Below, in pieces: positions 40,030 through 53,870 of a DNA stretch of 64,000 bases. A model generated the notes under the pieces. It saw only the letters and a list, made by a program, of their open reading frames with translations. It searched no databases and was not told the origin of the DNA. The stretch is taken from assembly GCA_013239625.1 (NCBI GenBank), contig MU054323.1, forward strand, positions 14,946,029 through 15,010,028. The letters are read 5' to 3'. Numbering within the stretch: position 1 is the stretch's first letter; the number at the start of each line of letters is the position of its first letter. This DNA comes from Lama guanicoe (Eukaryota). The translations under genes were made by a program, and so were the position numbers.

Positions 40030-40700
40030 GCCATGTCACGTGGCAGGGACTGGCATTAGGCAAACGCATGTTAAAAATGCAAGAAATATTTGGAGCAATT
40101 CATAATGGTCATGATTAATGTTGGCAACTGATGCTCCAAATTTATACATTTAAGACAATGGGGAAGTAACTGAAATGATATTCAACTTGTATCTTAAAAA
40201 AATATTTTGGTTTCAACTCAACATGACAAATCAGTCATTTAAGAGTACTAGTTAGAAGTAAAATGTGTGACATATAGATCAAGTCTCAACAAAAAAATTC
40301 ATTGGAATTTCCCCAAATTAGCAAAATATCTTTTTTTAATTGAAGTATAATTGAATACAATATTATATTCATTTCAAGTGTACAGCACAATTCATTATTT
40401 CTACAGATTATACTCCATTAAGAGTTACTAAAAGTTAACAGTTAAAATTCTCTATGCTATATAGTATACCCTTGTTGCTTACCTATTTTATACATAGCAG
40501 CATAGCAGTTATACTGCACCTCTTAATTCCATACCCAAAACATCTGCACATTGTGTGTGATATGAGCATTGCCTTTCAGTTGAGAAGATATTTTAGGAGA
40601 ATACAGAGTTTGCAAACAGAGTTTATCATCTCTGGGTAATACATATTATCCATATCCATGATATTCTTTGCTCTCTTATTCATAAATTATGAATCCCTCT
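40030..40700 (+). mobile_element. degraded hAT transposon with transposase C-terminal remnant
   Basis: after removing the L1 insert the junction translates EFPQISKISAHCV*YEHCLSVEKIF, matching the hAT dimerisation pattern FPxLxK...SxERxFS; boundaries approximate. Confidence 0.45.
40332..40535 (-). mobile_element. short 5'-truncated L1 3' end
   Basis: poly-T then aattgaagtataattg...; TSD caaaa(t/c)atct at 40322-31 and 40536-45. Confidence 0.85.
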
Positions 40701-43508
40701 TTTCAGAAGCCCTCACTCAGATAAGTACTTCCTAGTAATGTCCCTAACCATCCTGTAGGTTGGATGCTTAAGTTTAAAAATAGTCATAATGGAAGTAAAA
40801 AGTTTAAATTGCTGCTTCTCAGAATTTGCTGTTGTTCCTTTCTAGTACTTCTTATTTGGAAAAACTAGTCATAAAACTAATTGAAATGTAAATTGTTGTG
40901 GCAGTGGGGTTGCCAGAGGTATTTGTTCTTAACAAAGCCTGAATTATGCCAGATACCCACTAATTTAAACTAGAACCATTTTTCACATAATTAAAATGGT
41001 CATGTGGCACAGACACAGGTATCAATCATACGGTCTCGCTTTCTTGCTTATCAGAAAGAAACAACAATAATTAAAGGATGCCTTCAGCATTTCATATGAC
41101 AGGTATTTCCAGTTATAAATGTAAAATAATAATGTCCCTTTTGGGCAAGATTATGCCTTGCTATTGTGGTAATAATAAAGGTAGTGATGAGTATCAGAAT
41201 GAGAGAAATCTTTCCTAATGGTTCGAGAATAGTATCCCAACAATTTCTGCCTTGCTAGGAGGAACACAACATGTGAATAATATATTCAAATGGAACCTAA
41301 CTGTCTGTGAGAACCAAGATAAAATACTGAAGGTGGGTAGAGCAAAATAATTCTGACTTATGTGAGGAAGATGCTCCAAGGTTGGAAGTGACTATACAAG
41401 GGTACTTTGGGGAGATGTAAAATAGTCTTCCTGAAGCAGAAGTGTCAGAAAATGGAGCTGTAACTGTTCACAGAGCTTCTCTCATCATACCAAGATGTCC
41501 TTCATTCATGCTCTAAGCAATACTGAAACCTTGGGCTGAATGCTGGGAAAGGCTAGCATTCGGCAGAATAGCATCTATTCTATATGCAAGGTTAACTTGA
41601 AGGGCACAATGAGAAACAAAGGTGGAAGTACAGCTGTATCAGATAGAAAGGGGATAGCAAGAAACGAGCTGACACGCATGGGTGCATTGAGAAATGTCTT
41701 TCTCATCTCCAAATTTGGATTGACTGGGAACCTAGGAACAATTATAAGAAAAGCCCACACATGTGACCTTCCCTTTTCTCCTTAGTCTTGCCCTTGATAT
41801 GGTATGCAGGATGGCTCAGAGAACGGTGGCTTCACACAGTCTAAAGCAATCATGCTGGAGAAAATACTCTACTCTTCACATATGTCTGAAAGTTCATCTT
41901 CCTTCTTCTCTGCACAATTTGAAGCCAAGAGAGGTTCTTTCTATTCATTTTTTCCTTTAACAAGGAAGCTACATCCTCTTAGTACAGAGGACAGAGGAAT
42001 TCCTTGGCCCTTTTATCCTTCCTTTTTCTGTTGAAGCCTGAGCCCTTGTTTATAAGCTTATAATATAAGCTCAGCTCGAAAAGCTGCTTTCTTTCAGGTA
42101 CTTGGCAGCCTGCTTTCCTTTATAATCTTTCACTTTTTAAAGAGTCATTTCAAAAACAGCTGAATGAAAAGTCAAAGACAGTAGGAAAGAGGCTGCTATT
42201 CCACTAGCTGGAGATATTTTCACGTTGTCTGGGAGGCGCAAACATGGATGGTTCCACGTGAATACAAGAGAAGAAAAAGCAGGCTGTTTCCCCTCAGCCT
42301 CCCACTCACACCACAAACTCATCACAGATGGATGTGAATCTAGTCTTCGAAGCTCAAATGATGCAGATTCTCCCCCTTCTTTTAGTTCTAAAAATCCAAA
42401 ATGGCTTTTTCGCAAGTCATTCTATCCAGTGGGCCCCTGGTTCAGCCTCATATGGAGGCCACAGAAAGTTTATAAGGAATGTGGTAAGTAATTCATTTGA
42501 CCTTCTAAGTTTATGTTGAATGGGTAGACAGAAGACTATTATAGTAAGGCTATCCAAACCTGTCCCATGATGGGCCAGGTTTTGATGCTTAGAAAGACTC
42601 AGTCATACTATAGAGGACACAAAATAATTGAAGACAACTGATCATTCAGGTTCTTGCAAATTTACAAAGATGACAAAAAGCCCGGGAATAACTGTGAAAT
42701 GTACCATTAAAAAAAAAAACTATTTCTAATGAAATTGTTTATTGCTTGCCTTAAGAGAGATTTCCTAGGTAAGATACTTTGCCAAGTGGAGACTGCAATA
42801 GTGGTAGTGACATTATTTGCAAATCATTGTAATGGGGTTCTATAGGCATATTACCACACTCCAAAGCAATTTCCTGAATGTACCCAAAAGTAGATTAAAA
42901 TATGACAAGGCACAGAACTGCAATGACAACATTTTAGTAAAAATTGCCAAACAGAACTTAATACAGATTGTGCACAATTTAAGTAGATAAAGATGGTGTA
43001 GATATACTATTCAGTGTAAGTTTAAATATGCTATAATTAGTCTTTACAAATACTAAATCTATCACCTAGTTGTATTACTGAAGATATTACTGTGTAATGG
43101 AGTTTTCTATTATATTTGATATAACATGATCAGTTTCATATCTAGAGCTCCTATAATGATCAACTATTTCATCTTCAAAACTATTTCTCATCTGAAAAAA
43201 AATAAAGGCTATTTAGACTAGAGCCTAACTCTCAGGAAAAGAGTCCCTATGTAATTTCCTGTATTACAGAAAATGATTCTCACATCAACACCATCAAATA
43301 CAAACATAGTAAAATTCATGTGCAAGTCCCTATCAATAGGCTATTAAGCCACAAATAGAATCCCTGAAAATTGGGCCTAAGAGATGATCAAGTTTCTTTT
43401 TCATTCCACAAGGGATGGCAAAATATAGGACTGAGGATATGATGCTCTCAAAATACATTCAATAATTGACTCCACACCATCAAAATCTTCATGGTCACAT
43501 CGCTGCCA

Positions 43509-43810
43509 TGTAACAGACTCTGTCCACTGCTTATCTAATCTCCCCCTCTTCTTCCTTCTAACTAAACCCCATTTTGTTCACTCCCCTCCAAATGGCCAAG
43601 ATTTTCAGGGATTAGCTTCCAACAATAATTGGAGGGACTGAATCTGCTGACTGGTCTAAGCCTATTGTGAGGTCTCACTCCTCTTCATGGAAGATGGGTT
43701 CAGGTACGACCATAGAATATAATTTTGAGATTTTTCTCCTCTCACAATTTGGATGCTGATTTCTGGGATGCCTGGGAAACTGACTGCCCTCTGGGACATA
43801 AGGACAGATG
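43509..43810 (+). mobile_element. old MLT1 (J/K-like) LTR fragment
   Basis: tgtaacagactctg...ttccttctaactaaaccccattttgttca...ggtctaagcc. Confidence 0.55.
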
Positions 43811-44169
43811 ATGGCAAATTAATAGCAAGCAAGCTTCAGGTAAGGCTTTAAAGGGAAGTTTTGCCTTTGAATCGGAGGTATGATAGACTCCCAAAGACAA
43901 TACTTCCAGAAAAGGACTTTTTATATTTTGATTATTAATAAAGATAAAAGGAGGAAAGCAGGATCTAGTTTATGATAGGAGAGAAAGAGAAAGAGAGCCA
44001 AAAGATGCCACCACCAGCAGTTTTCTCATTTTGGCTGCAACTCACTTGTATCTTTGGCAATTTCCTCAATGTAGACCAGAGCTACAGAGTAAAGTAATTT
44101 TTAATACCTGAATTCATCTCAGTTAAGAGAAGGATGGAAGTCATGTTTTATTTAGAATGCCAAGTCTAA

Positions 44170-44310
44170 GGGGCAGGGTATAGCTCAAACTATAGAGCAT
44201 ATGCTTAGCATACACAAGGTCCTCGGTTCAATCCCCAATACCTCCTCTAAAAATAATTAAGTAAACATAATTACTCCCCCAAATTAATTAATTAATTAAA
44301 TTTTAAAAAA
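44170..44310 (+). mobile_element. tRNA-derived camelid SINE (Vic-1 type)
   Basis: ggggcagggtatagctcaaactatagagc...ggttcaatcccc; perfect 16-bp TSD agaatgccaagtctaa (44154-69 / 44311-26). Confidence 0.95.
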
Positions 44311-45864
44311 AGAATGCCAAGTCTAATAAATTAATCACATCTTCTGAAATGTGAGGTTAGGGAGGCTAAGGTTGAGCCCCAGCCCAGCTGAAAGGAGGTC
44401 TGTGCTGTGGGATGTCTGCCTAGAGCCCAGTATAAAAGAATGGTAGCTAGCTTGCTAAATATTTGTCATCTTCAGTTTTGTTCATTTAATTAAAGTGTAT
44501 AATATTGAACCTCTGTTGAATCCAAAAATATCTGGTAAGTATAAATGTTTCTAAGTTCAATTTCTGCTCATCATTCATTTACATATTTAGAGAGGATGAA
44601 AACAGACAACCAATTATTTATAATACAAGACAAGAAGTGATAACTGGTAAGTGCAACAATAAAAGCATGAAAAAGGCACATGATTTCCTAATGAAAACTG
44701 AACAACTTACAGCCTTCTCCCTGAGATTTGATAGTGGACCCCTTACAGTCTCTCCAGCATTTTAGACTCAGTTGCCTTTTAAAAGCACATAAAGTTGCAA
44801 TTATATCTAAGCCTAAGGTGCACTCAAGAGACAGTAAAAAAGGAAATGATAAAAGGATACAGGAGAAAACTTGAGAAAACTAAATGAAGAAAGCAAAAAG
44901 AGGTGGGGGAACATAGGAAACCATCACCAACAACTCTTCATGGGCCATTTAACAGCTATCCAGGAAGTCTCAGCTTGGTCTTCACAATGTTAATCATAGA
45001 GATATTTATTTTATTTTTTCTCTAAGCCTCCTCCTGGGTGCTTGATAATTTTGGAAGAAAATGGTTAAAACTGCAGAGAGAAATGATTCCCATCCTAAAT
45101 GTCATTTACCCTAACCTAACACATGTTATCAATGCCATTGTCAGTAAAGTCAAGTTTGAAAATTCAAACATAAGACAACTTCTAGTACAGTGGAGCTTCA
45201 AATAATTCATACTAAAGATTAATTCTACAAATGGTGATTAAGTCCCTAAGTTTTACCATTAGCTAGTATCATCTATCAGTTTTAAATCTAGAATATTTTA
45301 CTCTTTTATCATAACATATGAATGAAATAAACACAATGGGAGTTGAAAAAAATTTGTTTAAATGATCCTTCTTTGTATTTTCCAAACTAGATCATAAAGC
45401 CAATGTTTAATTCAATAAAACAGAATAAAAATACCAGAATTCATAGTCTTTGCTCTGTAGTACTTTTATTTCTATTACATGTTAGTATTTTTATATTGGG
45501 TAATCTTGATTCTACAGCATTTCCTTTTGTGGGCTGTAGTTTAAACATTTTTGAAAGCCACTGCTTTCAACTAACTTCCCTAATGCTGTTGGCTTATTTT
45601 GTTTTTAACTGAATCACTGAATACATCTATAAAGGGAGGCATGGGTATGACTAGGAACAAGGACTGTACACTCAGTCTAATAATTTGGTTTGACAAATAT
45701 TTGCATTTGAACCCTTTCACTTTCCTCAAACAAAATCTCATTGGGAACCCTCAAATTAAAAAATGAAAAAATCAAAATGAAATAAGACAGAATTTCTCTG
45801 ATTGGAACATGGGTCTGCCCCCGTCACCCCTTTTAGCCTCCTGGAGAAACAGTGTTCATGGCAT

Positions 45865-45965
45865 TAGTGTCCTGTCTTAGCTCCTCCACTGGGTTCTCTG
45901 TCATTTTGAAAAAGTTACCCCACCTCTCTGGCCCCAACTGTTTCATCAGTAAAATGAGGAATTTA
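45865..45965 (+). mobile_element. MIR fragment
   Basis: aagttaccccacctctctggcccc...tttcatcagtaaaatgagg. Confidence 0.6.
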
Positions 45966-47841
45966 TAACCCCATTAATAACTCCATGGTCACAGACATGT
46001 GAGTATAAATTACACAACAGATGTCATCTCCCAAATTCCTAAGTTGTTTCTAAGACATTGTTTTATGCCAACTCAATATTTTTCCAATCATCACAAAGTG
46101 CCTTAAAAATGTATCAAAGCCAAGTTAATTTGAAACAACCCTAGCACATTTAGGTACCTGCAGTTCTTCCCCCAAAATATTTGACAATTGTTAATGTTAT
46201 AAATTAAACCTGGTTCAGAGACATGGAGAAAAACATTATGTCCCATCTTTAGAAGATGCCTCATCCTACATGAAATTCTACTATTTCAGCCTCGTTCCTT
46301 TGGATCAGTATCTGTATTGAATTAAAATGTGAAAAAGTTTTTAAAAAGAATTGTACGAGAGTAAATCATAGTCACAGGAAAGTGTAACTTAGACTTAGGA
46401 TTTTTTTTTATTATGTACATATACCTATGGCTACCAGGTGCCTGAAGATTGAATTCCAACTGTTATAAGTAATAATATATTAGTAATAAGTAATTATACC
46501 CTGCATTTGAATTTTGCTTGGTAGTTTACAAAATAGTACCCTATCCTAGATTCCTATAATATTCTTGTGGAATACTTAGATAAGCCTCTATAAATTACTT
46601 TTTAAGAACTGGTTAAGTAAAATAAAGCTGAAAGTAGGCTTTCAGCTTTATTGTCTAATTTTAAAGTCAGTAAGTAGTAAAATAAGTAAATAAATAACCT
46701 GGGAAAGGAACCTTTCCCTTTCTATGCTCTTTTAGGTGTACCTGCCCTCCCACTTTGCAGTAATAGAAAAACCAGCCTTCAGTGTCATGAAACAAACATA
46801 GGAGGTATTCCAACCCTGGTCACCAGAAACAGGAGCCCAATGATCTCCTTAAAGGACAGCAGGATATTCCACTTAGCATTACATTTGCCATTAAGTTTGC
46901 AGTTCTTTAAATTGTCCCCCAGTGGCCTTGGGAAGTTAACATAGCATGCTTATTCTATAGTACCAGGGTAGGTCTCTCTTCAAGGAGAACTGAGTTCTTC
47001 AAGAGAAAACACTTCTAAACACAAAGTACCATTATTACTGCATGCATGCCTTTAAAGACAAAGGAAGCATTGCTACCAACACTCAACAGAACACCATATT
47101 TATCATCAGTGAGAATCACTAAATAAACAGGCAGTTTATGGCTTTGTAACATGGGGTAAAAATTTATCTCTAACTTCAGTACAGTATTTTTACTTCCCTG
47201 AAATAAGAGCAGCTACAACAAAAAGATAATAGACACATTTGATCATTAGTTGACACTACTGAGAATGACAGAGAAAACACAAAAATGAATAAACATGGTG
47301 CATCCTTAAATAACATTTCTGAAGATGTAACCTTGTGAATCAAATACAGTTTACTCAAGGGCACTGTTAAAAATGTTTATGAAGTGCTTCTGTTTTCAGT
47401 CCAGAAGGAAGTTTACCTGTGGGCTACATTCACTGTTATTCAGTTGCTTTATTAATTTCACTTGATCTGTGTTCTTCTTTGCTATTCTGATTTGGCAATG
47501 TGAGCTTTCTGATGTATTCTGTTAGAACTATCAAGAGTGTTGTCTCAATAGCTCTCATAGATCAATATAGCGTGGATAGAAAGATAATGTGCTGAACTGA
47601 GTTTCTGAAGTTAAGGTATTTTTGTTCTTAAAACCATAAAATGTATTTTAGAATTGTTAAAAATTATAAAGACTATCTAAACTCAACACAGACAGCTAAG
47701 TAGAGTACACAACTGTCTATGTAATTTGATTTCAGGGGTATAACTAACAATTTCCTGCTTCTTTTGGTATACTTAATCCTTTTGCTCCTTGGTATGTGAA
47801 ACTTAACATATTAGAGCTTCTTTCTACAAAATACTTTATCT

Positions 47842-47979
47842 GGGGGAGAAGGTATAGCTCAAATGGTAGAGCTCATGCTTAGCACACACAAGATCCTGGA
47901 TTCAATCCCCAGTACCTCCTCTAAAAATAAATAAATGAACCTAAATACCTGCCCCAACACACCAATAAATAAATAAATA
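47842..47979 (+). mobile_element. tRNA-derived camelid SINE (Vic-1 type)
   Basis: gggggagaaggtatagctcaaatggtagagc...gattcaatccccagtacctcc; (AAAT)n tail; TSD-like actttatct/actttatgt. Confidence 0.92.
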
Positions 47980-48409
47980 AAACTTTATGTTATTATTTAC
48001 ATAACCAAACATTTCTCTAAAAGTAGATATTCAGATGGACACTACTGGAAACCAAGACATCATTGAACTCATGGTGTAAATGCCTATAAATTTCCTATAG
48101 AGAAGCATCATTAAGTGCCAAAGGGGAGGGGAAATGTTCTGCCTAATTAGAAAGATAGAAAACAATTCGTTTACATTTTTTAGGATGTTTACAAAGTCAT
48201 GTGTCAAATGAACCCAAACTATATCAATCTTCAACTCAGAGAACTCCTTTTAGCTACTTTCCTCAAAAGAAACTATGGACATCCTCAAAATGTCCCACAG
48301 TCAGGTACATTAGAGAAATCATTTGCACAGAGACCAGGAAAATGAGCTAACTCTTACAGAGGAGAGACTTGGAAATGAGTCTGTGGTTTTGGCTGTTGCT
48401 GTTTGATTT

Positions 48410-51400
48410 AAAATTTTCTTCTGATACTATTTCAGACTTAAAAAGAGTTGAAAAAAAGAGTCCAGAGAGCTTCCATATACCCTTCACCTAATTTCCCCTA
48501 TGTTAATATTTACATAACTATAGAACAGTTATCAAAACTAAGAAATGAAATTTGGTATAATAACATACAACTAAGGTACAGAATGTAATCAGATTTCACC
48601 AGTTTCTCCATCCAAGTCTTCTGTTCCAGGATTCCACACTGCACTCAGCTGTCATGTCTTCTAAGTCTCCTCTAATCTTTAAGAGTCTTTTCATGACCTT
48701 GGTGCTTTTGAGGTATACTGGTCACGTATTTTGTACAATTTCCCTCAATTTGAGTTTCTCATAATGAAATTGAGGTTATCCATTATAAGTAAGGATACCA
48801 CAGGGTGAAGGGACCTTTTCAAGGGGTACATGATGTTGATACCTATTACTAATGATACTAACATTAATTACTTAGCTTAAAGAAGTGTCTACTAAGATTC
48901 TCCACTATAAAGTTACTACTTTTTGCTCTAAAGTTCATAAATATTTGAGGAACATACTTCAAAAGTACCCAGATTGCTTGTCTCTGCTTAAAACTTTGCC
49001 CACTAATTTTAGCATCAATTGGTGGAATCTAATTGGGGCAATCATTACTGTGATGCTCTAATGGGAATGTTCTATTTTCTTCATTTCTCTTCATTGTAAT
49101 TTTTCTGTAAGAAAGAGTTGTCACTTCTCCTCCACTTCTTTGATTAATCTAGTTATATATTTATATCCGTATGAACTCATGAATATACATTTAACTTTTT
49201 GAGTTATACTCCAAGACTATTATTTTTTTTTATTGCTCAGATTGAATGAATACAAGTTTTCAATTTTTATGAAATTGAAGTTATCTTTTTTCTCCTTCCT
49301 TTCGTGGTTAGTGCTGTGTGCTAAGAAATCGTTATCTACTTTATCTACCCCAAGGTTGTGAAGATGTTCTCATAGGTTTTCTTCTAGAAGCAATACTGTT
49401 TTAACTTTAATATTATGATTTATCATTCAACTCAATGTTTTATGTATGATGTGAGTTGCCGGTTGAGGTTCTTCCTCTCCTCTCTTTGTCCAATTGGTCC
49501 AGCAACATTTACTGAATAAACCTCGTCCCCTCATTGAATTGCTTTGGTACTTTGGTCAAGAGTCATTTGATTATGCTTGCAGGAATATTTCTGGATTCTC
49601 ATATTTTTATCTATTTTTCTGTACCTTCACTAACACCATACCCTCTTGATCACACAGGTTTATAGTGAGTTGAAATAAAAGTAAAACCTTCAAACTTGTT
49701 TTTTTCTTTCAAGATTTATTTGGTCACTTTAGGTACTTTTCCTTGAAGTACAGATTTTAGAATGTGCATATAATTTTTTATCAGAACAATGGAAAAAATT
49801 ATTACAGTTTTACTGAGTTTTCATTGAATTTTTACCCCAGTTTCGGAAAAGTTGACACTTAAGCAGTATTGAGTCTTACAATCCATGAATTTGCTATATA
49901 TTTCCCATTATTTAGCATTTTAATCTTCAGAAATGTTTTGTAGTTTTCAGCGTGCAAGTCTAAAGTATATGTCATTAGATTTATCTCTAAACATTGTATG
50001 CCACTGCAAAAGAAATATTTAAAATTTCTATTTCTCAAGTATCCTTTAAAAATTTAAAGATAACAACTGATTTTTGTATACTGACTTTATATTTTGAAAT
50101 CTTGGAAAATTCCCTTAATTCATAGGGTAAGTACTACGGGTTCGTTTGGGTATTTTATGTACAGTTGGGTTGTCTATGAACAATGACAGCTTTATTTCAT
50201 CTTTCCCACTTTATTTCTTTTAGTTCTTTTTCTTGCCTTATTGCATTGCTGGGACCTTTATTTCAATACTGAAAAAAAAAAAGATGAGAGCAGTTTTTAG
50301 TTTGTCCCTGGTATAAAAGAAAAGGAGCTAATTTTTCACACTTAAATTTGGTTCTAGCAATAAAGTTTTCATAGACGTTCTTTATCAAGATGAAGAAATT
50401 TTATTCCATTCCTGGCTTATTGTTTGGATTTTTTAAGTCATAAATTGTCACTGAATTTAGTGAGTACTTTCCCTACTTTATTGAAATGGTATTTTTCTCC
50501 TCTCATAATCTTTAACTCTGGTGAATTACACTGATTGATTTTCATATGTGAAATGAATTTGAATTCCTGGGGAAAAACCTATTTGGTAATGGTGTATTAT
50601 TCCTATTATATATTGCTATATTCTATTGATTATATTTCGTTGAGGATTTTTCACATTTATATTCATGAGAGAGATTAGCCTGCAGTTTTTTTCTCCTTGC
50701 AATATCCCTGTCCTATTTTGGTATTAGGTTATGCTGACTTCATAAAATGAATTGAAGGGTGATCACCATTATCTACTTTGTGAAGATTTTGCATAATACA
50801 GGTATGATTTTTTTCTTAAATATTTAATATAATTCATTAGTGAACCCATTTGAACCTGGAGTTTTCTTGTTGGGAAATTCTATTTCTTTAATACATAAAG
50901 AACAATATAAAAATTCCATTTCTCACTATAAAAACTATAGTAAGTTGAGTTTTTAAAAGAGTATCAGTTTCCTAAGAATTTATATATTTTATGTTATGAA
51001 GCTCTTGGTTTTATCTTATTTTCTTTAACATCTCTAATGATGACTCTTTTTTATTCCTGAACTTGTAATTTGTTTTTTGAGGGTTTTTTAAAATTTTTCC
51101 TTGATTAGTCTTCTTAGTAGGCTTTCAATTCTATTAACTTTTTTAATAAATTAACTGACTTTGTTGATTTTCTCTATTATTTGTTAATTTTGTATTGCAT
51201 TTTTTGACTTTTAAATTTCCCTTTACTTGCATTGGGTTTGCTTTCTTCTTTTTAGTATCTTCTTAAGGTAGAAGACCAGATCATTCATTTCACATCTTTC
51301 TTCTTTTACAAAACAAGCACTTAAAGATATAAATTTCCTTTTGTGGACTGTTTTAGTTGCACACTTCTAATTTTGATTATAGGGTGTGTGTGTGTGTTTG

Positions 51401-51884
51401 TATACATGAGCATGCATTTTATCATTCAGTTCAAAATAGTTCTAAATTTATCTTATTTTGCAGTTTCTTCTTTGGTCCATGACTTATTTTGAAGTATTCT
51501 GTTTAATTATGACATACTTGGGGAAGTTTTTCAATTTTTATTATTATTGGTTTATATTTTATTACATTTATGTTCAGGAGTTTACTTCATATTTCTTCAT
51601 CCTTTGAAATTAATTAGGTCTTTTTATATAGCCCAAAATATGGTCTATTTTCATGAAACTTCTATAATCATTTAGAAAAAATGCATATTGCTTATTTTGT
51701 TTTCTGTAGTGTTCTGAAAATGTCAATTAGGTTAATTTGGTTGATGGTGTTAATTAATTCTTCTGTATAACTGACTGATCTATTTGAACTCATGCTATCA
51801 ATTCCTGAAAGACAGGTCTTTAAAATCCCCAAGTAATATTGCAGATTTTCCCATTTTCTTTTTAGTTTTGACAATTTTTGGTTA
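48410..51884 (-). mobile_element. old L1 (L1MC-like) 3'UTR and ORF2, first part
   Basis: reverse L1MC-type 3'UTR (ccatataccc ttcacc...) then degraded ORF2; ORF 51692-51874(-) ends NQINLIDIFRTL, similar to the L1 endonuclease DLxDIYRTL. Confidence 0.85.
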
Positions 51885-51897
51885 AAGAACTTTAGAA

Positions 51898-53870
51898 GTG
51901 TAGTTGAGTTACAATATTGTATTAGTTTCAGGTGTACAGCAAAGGGTTTTCAGGTATACATATATATGTATATATCTTTTTTTATTCTTTTCCATTATAG
52001 GTTATTACAAGATATTGACTATATTTCTCTGTGCTATACAGTAAATCCTTGTTGTTTATTTGTTTTATGTATAGTAGTGTACATCTGTTAATCTCATACT
52101 CGTAATTTATCAGTCCTCCCCTCCCTTTTGGCAACCATAAGTTTGTTTTCTATGTCTGTCAGTCTGTTTCTGTTTTGTAGATAAGTTAATTCATACTATT
52201 TTTTAGTATCTACATATAAATGATATTGTGTACTATTTGTCTTTTTCTGTCTGACATACTTCACTTAGTATGATAATCTCTAGGTCCATCTATGTTGCTG
52301 CAAATGGCATTATTTCATTCTTTTTTATGGCTGAGTAATATTCCATTGTATATATATTTACCACATCTTCTTTATCCAATCATCTGTTGATGGACACTTA
52401 GGGTGCTTCCATGTCTTGGCTATTATAAGTAGTGCTGCTATGAACATTGAGGTACATGTGTCTTTATGAATTAGAGCTTTCATCTTTTGGGGGCATATAC
52501 CCAGGAGTGGGAGTGCTTGATCATTTCTAACTCTGTTTTTAGTTTTTTAAGGCACCTCCATAATGTTTTCTATATTGGGTGTACCAATTTACATTCCCAC
52601 TAACAGTGTAAGAGGGTTCCCTTTTCTACACTTCCTCTCCAGCATTTATTATCTGTATTTTTTTTGATGATGGCCATTGTGACTGGTGTGAGGTGATATC
52701 TCATTGTAGTTTTGATTTGCCTTTCTCTCATAATTAGCGATGTTGAGCATCTTTTCATATGCCTATTAGCCATCTATATGTTTTCTTTGGAAAAATGTCT
52801 ATTTAGGTCTTCTGCCCATTTTTTGATTTGGTTGTTTTGTTGTTGTTGTTGTTGTTGTTGTTGCTGAGTTGTATGAACTATTTGTATATTGTGGAAATAA
52901 AGCCCTTGTTAATCTCATTGCTTGCAAATATTTTCTCCCAAGTTTGTAGGCTGTCTTTTCATTTTATGGTTTCCTTTGCTGTGCAAAAGCTTATAAGTTT
53001 GATTAGGTTCTATTTGTTTATTTTTTCTTTTATTTCTATTGCCTTGGGAGACTGATCTAAGAAAACATTGTTATCATTTATGTCAGAGAATATTTCACCT
53101 ATGTTGTCTTCTAGGAGTTTTATGGTGTCATGTGTTACGCTTAAGGTGTGTGGGTTTACTTCTCAGCTCTCTATTCTGTTACCTTGATCTATATGTATTT
53201 TTGTGCCAACCATGCTGTTTTGACTACTGTTGCTTTGTAGTATTGTCTGAAGTCTGAAAGGGTTATGCCTCCAATTTTGTTCATTTTCTTCAGAATCGGT
53301 TTGGCAATTCTGGGCCTTTTGTGGTTCCATATAAATTTTAGAATTATTTGTTCCACTTCTGTGAAAAATGCCATGGGTAATTAGATAGGGATCACATTAA
53401 ATATGTAGATTGCTTTGGGCAGTATGGCCATTTTAACTATGCTAATTCTCCCAATCTAAGAGCATGGAATATTTTTTTTTCATTTCCTTGCATCATCTTC
53501 AATTTCCTTTATGAATGTTTCACAGTTCTCAGCAAATAAGTCTTTCATCTCCTTGATTAGCTGTATTTCTAGATATTTTAAAATGTGAATTAACAGAATT
53601 TTTTTTAACTTTCTCTTTCTCTTATTTGTTGGTGTAAAGAAAGGCTGCAGATTTCTATATATTAATCTTGTATCCTGCTAACTTGCCAAGTTTGTTTATC
53701 CATTCTAGCAGTTTTTGTGTGGAGTCTTTAGGATTTTCTCTATATAGTATCACGTCATCTTCATATAATGAAAATTTTACCTCTTCCCTTCTGATTTGGA
53801 TATCTTTTATTTCTTTTTCTTATCTGACTGCTGTAGCTAGGAAGTGTTGAGAGTGGGCATCCTTGTCTTG
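51898..53870 (-). mobile_element. younger 5'-truncated L1 nested in the old L1
   Basis: clear ORF2 remnant ([23 protein letters not shown]...[21 protein letters not shown]); 13-bp direct repeat aagaactttagaa at 51885-97 and 53871-83; internal (TTG)n at ~52830-62. Confidence 0.95.

Noticed and set aside
44170..44245. tRNA gene (also 47842-47915 and 31260-31336)
   Set aside because: A and B boxes are present, but a shared non-tRNA tail, A-rich end and TSDs mark them as SINEs
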